From: Chloroflexota bacterium
GTDB lineage: Bacteria; Chloroflexota; UBA11872; VXOZ01
Assembly (NCBI GenBank): GCA_964291655.2
Contig: OZ219802.1
Location: 2,336,001-2,400,000, forward strand
DNA length: 64,000 bases
Direction: 5' to 3'
The notes under the pieces are model-generated. The model saw only the letters and a program-made list of their open reading frames with translations. It had not been told where the DNA came from and did not search any database. Each line of letters begins with the position of its first letter. The first letter of the stretch is position 1. A program made the position numbers and the translations under genes. Of the stretch, positions 1 to 8,304 are shown one piece after another.

Positions 1-36
1 CGACACTATGGCAGGATAGATGCAGCGTTCAGCGCT

Positions 37-304
37 TGTAAATGTCAGGTAGTTCATTGACAGACTTGAGAACAAAAGCAGCTGAACGCAGTACTCTACA
101 TGAACAGTACATATGTCATTCCGAACGAAGCGCAGCGAAGAGTCGCTCTTAGCGCGGGATCTAGTGTGCTGAAGCCGTTTAGGTGCGTTGAGCAGTGACC
201 CTAGATTCCGCGAACAGGGTTCGACGCTCCGCTCGGAATGACATGCACCGTCAACTCCTCAGAGTGGAAAGCGGTTTTTGTCAACAATTTACTTAACACA
301 TACA
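37..304. mobile_element. MITE-like element family 2 (TGTA..TACA ends) enclosing an inverted REP-B pair
   Basis: Imperfect ~28-bp terminal inverted repeats (TGTAAATGTCAGGTAGTTCATTGACA / TGTCAACAATTTACTTAACACATACA); AGCGCT flanks both sides (31-36, 305-310); internal GTCATTCCG..GGATCT and AGATTCC..CGGAATGAC; homologous to 55925-56165 and 45886-46063. Confidence 0.7.
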
Positions 305-410
305 AGCGCTGCCCTGCGGTGAGTTCCCACCCGGCGATCCCCGCATAAAGGGGCAGGGTAGGGGCGGGCTTCCAGTCCAATGCGTAACTTGGGACAGTGG
401 CTTTGCGAAA

Positions 411-601
411 CTTCCTCTCCCTGAGGAGACTCTTGAAAAACCCGAGCCGTCAGGCGAGAGGACTCCCTTTCCATGGGGAGACTCTTGAACAACCCGAGCC
501 GGCTAGCGAGGAAACTCCCTCTCCTTGAGGAGACTATTGAACAACTCGAGCCGTCAGGCGAGGAGACTCCCTCTCCATGGGGAGAGGGCCGGGGTGAGGG
601 G
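411..601 (+). repeat. Three 52-bp tandem units of truncated REP-A hairpin ending in one complete REP-A
   Basis: Units start at 411, 463, 515; intact CTCCCTCTCC-atgg-GGAGAGGGCCGGGGTGAGGGG at 567-601. Confidence 0.85.
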
Positions 602-734
602 AATCTTCACCGTACCAACCTGAACCGGCGTATTTGACATAAGTACACAGAGCCTGCACTGTAACCCAATACGTGGAGCTTCACGAGCAAGAACCTAACC
701 TTCAAGACTCACGCGATGCCGAAAGGAGCCGTTT

Positions 735-1799
735 GTGCCTACCGTTACCGCCGACGCTTTGCGCAGCATTGGCTACGAATTCTTCACCGCTCTGGGCTGC
801 CGCCGGGAAGATGCCCGCATAGTTACTGATCACCTCGTGCAGTCCAACCTCTACGGCCATGACTCTCACGGCGTCGTACGCATGGAACAGTATTGGAGCG
901 CAGTAACGGAACAGCAGGTTGTCGACCCGCAAGCTGTACCGGAGATTGTGCGCGAACATCCCTGCACAGCGGTGGTGGACGCCAACAACGGGTTTGGTCA
1001 GGTGGGCGCAGTCTTTGCCACCAGGATCTTGATAGAGAAGGCACAACAGTACGGCATAGCCAGTGTCTCGCTGCGCAATACGAGCCACATCGGCAGAGTC
1101 GGGGAGTATCCGCACATGGTGGCACAGGCCGGCATGATTGGCCTGATCTTCGTCAACGCCGGGAGACTGGGCTTTCAGGTAGCGCCGTTCGGTGGCATCG
1201 ACGGCCGCCTCGGGACGAATCCGCTGGCCTTTGCGGCGCCACGGCGCGCCGACCCGCCATTCTTTGTGGACTTGACCACCTCCACCGTCGCCGACGGCAA
1301 GATCAAAGTGGCTGCCAACCAGGGGAAGCCGCTGCCTGAGGGCTGGATCGTGGATGCGGCAGGCAACCCCAGCACCGATCCCAGCGACTACTGGGACGAA
1401 CCGCCCGGCGCTGTGCTTCCGTTGGGCGGTCCCCTAGGGCACAAAGGCACTGCGCTGAGCATGATGAATGAGATCTGCGGCGGCGGGCTGAGCGGTCAGG
1501 GCATGTCCGCCGGCGACATGCGCGTGGATAGCAACGGTGTGCACATGACAGCCTATGACATCGCCCAGTTTGTGGAACCTGAGTTCTTCTATGATGAGAT
1601 CGATACGCTCATCAGTCACGTAAAGACGAGCCGCCCGGCAGCCGGTATCGATGAGGTTTTGGTTGCCAGCGAACCGGAATACCGTGCGCAGCGCGAACGC
1701 GAGCAATCGGGAATCCCCATCGACGAAACTACGTGGGGGAAGCTCTGCGCCGCCGCCCGCGACGTGGGCCTGGACCCAAACACCTGGCAACTCATCTAG
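735..1799 (+). CDS. Ldh2-family (malate/L-sulfolactate/ureidoglycolate type) NAD(P)-dependent oxidoreductase
   Basis: GHDSHG, DANNGFGQ, SHIGRVG, GTNPLAFAAP, GHKG motifs; RBS AAAGGAG before GTG. Confidence 0.9.
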   Translation: MPTVTADALRSIGYEFFTALGCRREDARIVTDHLVQSNLYGHDSHGVVRMEQYWSAVTEQQVVDPQAVPEIVREHPCTAVVDANNGFGQVGAVFATRILIEKAQQYGIASVSLRNTSHIGRVGEYPHMVAQAGMIGLIFVNAGRLGFQVAPFGGIDGRLGTNPLAFAAPRRADPPFFVDLTTSTVADGKIKVAANQGKPLPEGWIVDAAGNPSTDPSDYWDEPPGAVLPLGGPLGHKGTALSMMNEICGGGLSGQGMSAGDMRVDSNGVHMTAYDIAQFVEPEFFYDEIDTLISHVKTSRPAAGIDEVLVASEPEYRAQREREQSGIPIDETTWGKLCAAARDVGLDPNTWQLI

Positions 1800-2459
1800 C
1801 GTAACGTAGCACTGCCAGTGGGTATAGCCCTAATGGGGCTGCAATGAACTGCCTCACCAGCAGGACTCATAGGTTGCCGGACTTGTGAGAGAGAAGTGCC
1901 GCAGTCTTTGTTCACTTGAGTGGAGGCCTGCGAAAGATCTGGCATAGGCGATAGAGTTCTGCTGCCGTTGGAATCCCTTGCACAACGCATGCCGTTTGCC
2001 AAAGATCACCTCTCGGAAGAGGGAATGAGTGTAACTCTTTGTCGACACAGCCAAGTCTCGTTGGCTCTGTCAACACTCGCCAAAGCCCCCCTGGAGGACA
2101 AGGGGGCGGCTTACACTGTCAGTCTGAGAAGGCGTTGGCTGAGACTATAGCGGTACTGAGAATTTCTCTTGCTTGCGCGAATGCTTGGCAGGCAGAGAAG
2201 CACCCTCTTTATGACGAACGTGAGGGTATGGCGTACGACGCAGATACCATTCGATTGCAGGTCCGCGCTGAGGCATTCGCCATGCTGTCTCCAGCAGTTG
2301 GGGCGGATTGCAGACTTGTACCTTGAAGAAGAGGGGGCGTTCGCGGCATCTCATGACAGTTAATGGCAGCTAGTGCTACGGCCACAAGGTTAGTGGGTGC
2401 CCAAACATCAATCGAATAGTTGGTTGCCTCTGCCTGCCAAGCGCCCAAGGGCACGCCGA

Positions 2460-3227
2460 CTAGAGGCCGAATAGTCTCGCGGCATTTTCCTGCTCGATCA
2501 TCCGCCGTGCGTCGGCGGTTATATTGGCATGCGCAATCGCCAGCGTGGCGGCTTCGGGCACGTGCAGCGGCAGGTTGGTTCCGAGGAACACGCGGTCGGC
2601 GCCCATTGTTTTGCAGAGCTTCTCGATGTCTCCCACCGGCCCTTGCACGCGGGAAATCTCGAAATGCAGGTTTTCCGTGTGGGTGGCCTCCGACCAGACG
2701 GCGTTAATGCCCGTGAATTTCTCGGCGGCGACAAGAAACCGCACGTCGGGAAACGCTGAAACGGCCGCCGCTACCTGCGCGCTGGGCACGTCGGGCACCT
2801 TAACGAGCGGGTGGTGATGGCGCGTATCTTCCAATCCAGTTGTTAGAATCACAACAAAGTTGTGCGCCCGGGCTGCTTCCAGAACCGCCGCGCCCTCCGC
2901 TGAGTCCAGCGCGAACTGGTGGTAGTTCGGATGCAGCCGCATGACCCGCATGCCGAGTTCCCGCACGCAGATGGCGAGGTCTTCTTCCCAACCGGGAAAC
3001 ATCGGGTTGATGGTAAAAGCGGGTAGGAGCCGGTCGGCAGGGTGGTGCACTTCGGAATGCAAGTGGCGGTTGCCGGCAAGCTGGTCTTTATAGAAGACGT
3101 TTTCGAGCGACGACACGACGGCCTTCTCAATGCCGAGCGCGTCCATCTTGTCGAGTAACGCGATATGTGTCGTGTAGCGTAGTTGCCGAAACGGCCAATT
3201 GCCAATATACGCGTTGGCATCGATCAT
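2460..3227 (-). CDS. Amidohydrolase_2-family metal-dependent hydrolase
   Basis: N-terminal IDANAY, RLHPNYH, VFLGTNLP; overlaps the upstream paralogue (ATGA). Confidence 0.8.
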   Translation of the reverse strand: MIDANAYIGNWPFRQLRYTTHIALLDKMDALGIEKAVVSSLENVFYKDQLAGNRHLHSEVHHPADRLLPAFTINPMFPGWEEDLAICVRELGMRVMRLHPNYHQFALDSAEGAAVLEAARAHNFVVILTTGLEDTRHHHPLVKVPDVPSAQVAAAVSAFPDVRFLVAAEKFTGINAVWSEATHTENLHFEISRVQGPVGDIEKLCKTMGADRVFLGTNLPLHVPEAATLAIAHANITADARRMIEQENAARLFGL

Positions 3228-4012
3228 GACGTTGCTCCGTTGGCGGGTTTCTGTTGGTCGAACAGGGCTTGGGCGTTGCGGAAGAGAATTTTATCCTGCT
3301 CTTCCTCGCTCAAGTCTGCGCCGTACACCTTGGCAAGCTGGGACACCAATGAGCGCCCCGGCGCGTCGCTGCCGAAGACGATGTGGTCGGCGGTCTCGTG
3401 CTCCACCAGCAATTCGACATAGCCGTTCATCGCTTCGCCGCCGCCCAGGTCCATGTAGACGTTGGGTAATCCGCGGGCGCACTTGGCGCCGTACTCGTAA
3501 TCGCCGCCGCAGTGCCCCCAGAAGAAGCTCACGTCGGGATGCCGCAGCGCCAGCTCGCGGAGGTCCATCGGTGTGGACTCACCGGGCAGGTTACCCGTGA
3601 CCTTGAACCACGTGTGCTGCAGCACCGGCAGTTTGTGTTTCACGCAGAGGCGCATGATGGGATCCAGGCGCGGATCGTTGCAGCGCACCGCTACCCAGAG
3701 TTTCACGCCTTGCTGGCCGGGGTAAGCGGCCACACGCTCTTCAAGCTCTCGGCAGGCAAAGTCGCCGTGGGCGGGATTGAGGTACCACATGGGGATGATG
3801 CGCTCCGGGTGCGCGGCGGCCAGTTCGGCCGTCCAATCGTTGCAGCCCTTGATCTCATCTTCTGTCGGACTTTCGGGCATACCGGTGCCGCCTTTCGGGC
3901 TCAGACTGTTCACGCAAAGCGTCACGTCGAGAGCCTCGGCCTGGTCCAGCAGGTACTGGAAACCCTCTGGGTCCGGCCCCAGACGCGAATGGACGTGGAT
4001 GTCGATGATCAT
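3224..4012 (-). CDS. Amidohydrolase_2-family metal-dependent hydrolase
   Basis: IIDIHVH, VLQHT, GHCGG, VFGSDAP motifs. Confidence 0.88.
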   Translation of the reverse strand: MIIDIHVHSRLGPDPEGFQYLLDQAEALDVTLCVNSLSPKGGTGMPESPTEDEIKGCNDWTAELAAAHPERIIPMWYLNPAHGDFACRELEERVAAYPGQQGVKLWVAVRCNDPRLDPIMRLCVKHKLPVLQHTWFKVTGNLPGESTPMDLRELALRHPDVSFFWGHCGGDYEYGAKCARGLPNVYMDLGGGEAMNGYVELLVEHETADHIVFGSDAPGRSLVSQLAKVYGADLSEEEQDKILFRNAQALFDQQKPANGATS

Positions 4013-4141
4013 TGTATGGGTGCTGCCTTGATGTCTTTTCTTGCTCTTTGCACCTGATTATAGCCTAGACTCACGACTGGCTTCTCACGACCCGCAAGAG
4101 CTGCCTGATCGCGACGATGTGCATTGTCCCCTGGGACCTTC

Positions 4142-4341
4142 GCCTCTCAAGAATTCCCTTTTCCCACTGGAATCTATTGCAAAGCCCTTTCCCCTTGATG
4201 GGGAAGTCCGGGTGGTGAGGGGAGAGATTTGGCTTCATAGCTAGAATTCGCAAGCTATCCCCATCCTTCTGGATTCCGGCTTTCGCCGGAATGACGGAGT
4301 TGTTGAGAGCTCTCCGCTGGGAGAGGGTTGGGGTGAGGGTC
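4142..4341 (-). repeat. Composite REP-A / IS-like end / REP-B element (copy 1)
   Basis: Reverse complement aligns by eye with 26887-27055: REP-A half, CTCTCAACAACTCC, GTCATTCCGGCGAAAGCCGGAATCCAG, spacer, degenerate REP-A. Confidence 0.6.
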
Positions 4342-4391
4342 TTCTCTTGTAACAAGGTTTGGACAATCGCTGCGGCAGCGGTGAAACTCCG

Positions 4392-5636
4392 TCAACCTGC
4401 CGTAGCAGTTTCGCTATCAGGCGCGCGATGATAGCCCCGCGCCACCAACATGGCCAAAAGGAACATAGGAATCGTAACCCCTATGCAGACGATAAATGGC
4501 AGTCGCAGGAACACGGACACCAGCGCGCCCGAAATGAGCGTGCCCGCCAAGATGCCCACCGCCCAGAAGAACTCCGTGATGGCGATGAGGCGGCCCTGTT
4601 CTTCCGCCGAGCCGGCCTCCGCCACGAGTTTCGGATAGAGACCGGAGAACCACCACGCGCCCATGTTTGCTAACAAGCCGCTGGCGGCAAGCCACCAAAC
4701 ATCATTGATGAGGAGCGTGATGAGCACCGCGCCACTCAACACAAAGACGGCCGCCAATCGCACCGGCCCGCTCCGACCGTACTTATCGGCAGCCCAGCCA
4801 ATAATGAGCTGGGTCGGACCGATGATGAAGAGAATGGCGCTGCCGTAAAGCCCCACGAACGTGACCGAATCCGTGAGCCGGAAAAGCTGCAACACCAGCA
4901 GCAGGTTCATAGTGCCGTAGAAGTAGGTAGCGCAAAAGCGCAGTCCGCACAGGGAGAGAATTCTTGGGTCGCGCAGAAGCCCAAGGTAGTCCGAAAACGC
5001 GGCCTTCCGCTGTTCGGCACTCTCATCAGAGTCCGGTTCTTCGCTATCGGATTCGACTGAAGGCAGCAACCATGCCGTGAGCGGCACGAGCACCAGTCCG
5101 GCGATGATGGCAATTAAGCCCAGCGTGGCAAAGCCGGCCGTATCGGCTATTCTGCCGCCTATGGCGCTGCCTACTGCCATGGAAATTGTGAGGCACAGGA
5201 AGTAATAGGCGCCGCCAATGCCCATCTGCACCAAGGGCAGGGCGCGCGCGAGATACGTGCGGCTGCCGGTGGTCATGAACGAAAAAAGCAGGCCGTACAC
5301 CGGCGCAATGACAAGCAGCAGCCAGATAGTATTCATTTGCAGCATGAGACCCACCGCAATGGCCCCGCAGAACCCCAGCACCAGCGTCCACTTCGCGCCC
5401 AGCCGGTCGGCCAGCACGCCACCGACCAGCAGCATGACGCCATAAACGGCCGTATGCATCGAAACGACGATCGCCGTGAAGAACGGCGGCTGTTCCAACT
5501 CTTTCTCAACGAAAACCGGTATCAGGCCCTGTGCCGGACTCATAAACACGAGATTCACGAACAGGAGCCCGAACATGATCACGACTGACCGCCATGAGGC
5601 GAACCGGCCCATGCGCGCGCGCAAGCCTGCAACCAT
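4392..5636 (-). CDS. MFS transporter
   Basis: About 12 hydrophobic segments; GGVLADRLGAK and GWAADKYGRS motif A copies. Confidence 0.9.
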   Translation of the reverse strand: MVAGLRARMGRFASWRSVVIMFGLLFVNLVFMSPAQGLIPVFVEKELEQPPFFTAIVVSMHTAVYGVMLLVGGVLADRLGAKWTLVLGFCGAIAVGLMLQMNTIWLLLVIAPVYGLLFSFMTTGSRTYLARALPLVQMGIGGAYYFLCLTISMAVGSAIGGRIADTAGFATLGLIAIIAGLVLVPLTAWLLPSVESDSEEPDSDESAEQRKAAFSDYLGLLRDPRILSLCGLRFCATYFYGTMNLLLVLQLFRLTDSVTFVGLYGSAILFIIGPTQLIIGWAADKYGRSGPVRLAAVFVLSGAVLITLLINDVWWLAASGLLANMGAWWFSGLYPKLVAEAGSAEEQGRLIAITEFFWAVGILAGTLISGALVSVFLRLPFIVCIGVTIPMFLLAMLVARGYHRAPDSETATAG

Positions 5637-5670
5637 TCGCTGTACCTTTCTCCTGCTGGTATTGCGTTTT

Positions 5671-6903
5671 CTAGCCGGTTTCGAGTGCCGCCACGGGCTT
5701 TTCGGTCACCAGCCGGTGTCCGCCGTTCGCCACGAGCATGGCAACGAAAAGCGTGGGAATATTCAGCCACGCCGCCACCAGGAACGGCGCGCTGAGGTGA
5801 ACGGTTAAGAGCGCTCCCGCTCCCAAAGCGCCCACCACCGCGCCAATGTTCCAAGCCATCTCCGTGACGGCGACGAGGCGGCCTTGTTCATCGTGCGCGC
5901 CGCTTTCGGCTACCAGGAGCGGGAAGAGACCGGAAAGCCACCACGCGCCCAAGTGCCCAACGAAAGCCCCACCGACAAGTCCCCAGACGTCGTTTACGAA
6001 TATGGCCGCCAATACCGCCCCGATGATTACGAGCACCGTAGACGCGAGAACCGGCATGCCGCTGCCCCACCGGTCGGCGGCCCAGCCTACCGGCATCATG
6101 GTGGTGCCGATTGCCAGCAGGCTCACCGCATAGAAGAGCGCCGGCGCCACGGGGGACCCCGTCAAGCGCAGGAGTTGGATGCCAATCACCAGTTGCCCCG
6201 TGGCCCAATAGATCGTCGGCAGACCGCGCAGCAGAAGCAAGAGTTGCACTGAGCGGCGCTGCACCATCTGCCAATAGCTCCCCAGAGTAATGGGCTCGGC
6301 GCTCTCAAACTTTGGCGTAACCGACGGCAGCCAAAGCTGCGCGCCAAGGGCGGTGAGGAAGCCCAAGGCTACGATGACAATGCCGGCGAGTGGAAAGCCC
6401 GACCTCGCGGCGATTATGCCAACGGCGGCGTTGCCAAGAGCCGCGCCTAACGTGAATCCAAGTTCATAGAGGTTGCCGAGCAGTCCCATGCGCTTGAGCG
6501 GCACCGCCAGCACGAGATAGGCGCGGCTGCCGGCCGCGTGCAGCGCAAAGAAGGTGCCCGTGAGCGCCGCCACAAGCACGAGTTGCCAGACCTCCTGCGC
6601 GATCAACAGGAATCCGGCAACCGCAGGGGTGAGCAACCCGATGACAAACGTTCGCTTGGGACGGAAACGGTCGGCGAGAAAACCGCCAACCAAGAGCATC
6701 GCCGCAAATACGACGTGAAACGTCGACTGAACGATCGAGGTGACAATCGGCGCACCTGCCAGCGCGCTCTCAACGTAGACTGGCAGTTGCGCGCGCGGCG
6801 GATTGGCAGCGCCGACATTGAAAAAGAGGATGACGAAGAAGGCGGACATCGCAATCCACGAGAGGGTAAATAAGCTCGCGGACGACGGTGCCGTAGTTGC
6901 CAT
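5671..6903 (-). CDS. MFS transporter (tandem paralogue of 4392-5636)
   Basis: GGFLADRFRPK and GWAADRWGS; shares GAWWxSGLxPxLVAExG..EQGRL with neighbour. Confidence 0.9.
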   Translation of the reverse strand: MATTAPSSASLFTLSWIAMSAFFVILFFNVGAANPPRAQLPVYVESALAGAPIVTSIVQSTFHVVFAAMLLVGGFLADRFRPKRTFVIGLLTPAVAGFLLIAQEVWQLVLVAALTGTFFALHAAGSRAYLVLAVPLKRMGLLGNLYELGFTLGAALGNAAVGIIAARSGFPLAGIVIVALGFLTALGAQLWLPSVTPKFESAEPITLGSYWQMVQRRSVQLLLLLRGLPTIYWATGQLVIGIQLLRLTGSPVAPALFYAVSLLAIGTTMMPVGWAADRWGSGMPVLASTVLVIIGAVLAAIFVNDVWGLVGGAFVGHLGAWWLSGLFPLLVAESGAHDEQGRLVAVTEMAWNIGAVVGALGAGALLTVHLSAPFLVAAWLNIPTLFVAMLVANGGHRLVTEKPVAALETG

Positions 6904-7176
6904 GGGCTGCGCTTGTTCGGACGGTGAAGGATGACTTCGTCAGGGACGCTGCATTGAGCGCAAGTGTACCCCGCTTGTCCGCTGTGAGCAAGTTAGAGTT
7001 AACGGCACGAAAACCGCCCAAAAAAGGAAGCAAGCCGAGGCTCGAATGCTGTTCGACCTCACGCAATGAAACTTGCGCGCAACACCGTACACAAGCAGGA
7101 TGGCTGCCTCCCTCTTGAGACCCTCGATTCCGGGAGTGCGGCGGGAGCCGCATAGCTCTGGCCGGAGGCGTACCGT

Positions 7177-7267
7177 CTCCCCCCTCTCCCTGGGGAGACC
7201 TTTGCATAACCCCACTTTCAAGCAGGGGCACTCCCTCTCCTGGGCGAGAGGGTTGAGGTGAGGGGGT
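7177..7267 (+). repeat. Truncated plus complete REP-A with an intervening GAGACCTTTGCATAACCC IS-like end
   Basis: CCCCTCTCCCTGGGGAGACCTTTGCATAACCCC followed by CTCCCTCTCCTGGGCGAGAGGGTTGAGGTGAGGGG. Confidence 0.65.
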
Positions 7268-7381
7268 CTTTTGTTACAATGGCCCTTTACGCTGTGCAGT
7301 GTCAAGATGTGTCAGGGCAGACTCGGTGTGCATATGGAGAGACTTCAGAAAATTCACCCTCACCCTAGCCCTCTCCCGTCG

Positions 7382-7669
7382 TGTATAGACCGGGGACATG
7401 GGTAACAGTTGTTCGGGCTCATAGGTAACACCATAGAACGAGGGGGTTTTCGTAGTATGCGATGTCCTTGCCTTGAAAGTTAGATCCACTCAATATCCTT
7501 ATGCACACTGTTTGTTTCTCTGGCACAAGCTGACAGGCGGAAAGTGAGTGCACTGTGTCGCCAGTCTCTTATCAAACCCGGACCAACCCAATGCTCTCGT
7601 AGGTGTCAATCAGTAAAATGTGTTACCCATGTCCCCGAACAACTGTTACCTATGTCCCCGGTCTGTACA
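7382..7669. mobile_element. 288-bp MITE family 1 (IS481-like TGT..ACA ends), copy 1, inserted in REP-A
   Basis: 49-bp TIRs with 5 mismatches; 5-bp TSD CGTCG; near-identical to 42383-42670; no transposase. Confidence 0.9.
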
Positions 7670-8104
7670 CGTCGAGGGAGAGGGAACGTTCTCGCTTCCG
7701 CTTGGGTTTCGCAAAGGACTCCTGGGGGAGAGGGCCGGGGTGAGGGGAGGCTTGCGCATCCGACTTGCACAGTCTGTCGTGCAGATGCTCAGTTTTGCCA
7801 GACCACAGAATTTGCCGAGTCTACGAAGACTCTATGCCAAAGCTATGGGCCTTGTGTCAGTAGCCAGTGGTGTTTCCACACTCAAAGAGCATTGTGAACC
7901 GAGTATTGCAGGCGAGGACAGTGCGCATCTTGCCTGAGCTGGACCAAAGTCGACGCAATGCGCAAGGATAAAGTGAATCCGGCGTGCCGACGATCTGCTA
8001 ACCATCACTTCTGCAAACGCGGGAATCTGTATGGCGAGACGGCAAGAAGTACCAACGTATAGCAAAACCGGGGAAAGAGTTTCGCGCCGAAAAGAAGCTG
8101 AAAT

Positions 8105-8272
8105 TCGGCCTGTGCGGGGCTGACATGCATACCATGGTGCCAGCCGTCAGACCGCCGCCAGGTAGTTCAACCCTTGCCGCCAGCCAGGCAATGAAGATGT
8201 CCTACTGCCCGGTAAGCGTACCACCCAAGCGAAGGACAAGCGCCGGGCCACGCATTGACCACATCTTGAGGA
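8105..8272 (-). ncRNA. Candidate structured RNA, possibly 6S RNA
   Basis: Non-coding ~165 nt directly downstream of rel; ends can pair; internal hairpins TGTCCT..AGGACA and TTGCC..GGCAA; GGACA..GGGTTGAAC..GACGGCTGGCAC layout loosely resembles 6S RNAs; no covariance model run. Confidence 0.4.
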
Positions 8273-8304
8273 GCTAAGTGTTTCGAACTGCGCAAGTCCT
8301 CAAA

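Noticed and set aside
1800-2459. 660-bp gap with short ORFs, possible pseudogene
   Set aside because: No frame gives a recognisable protein signature.
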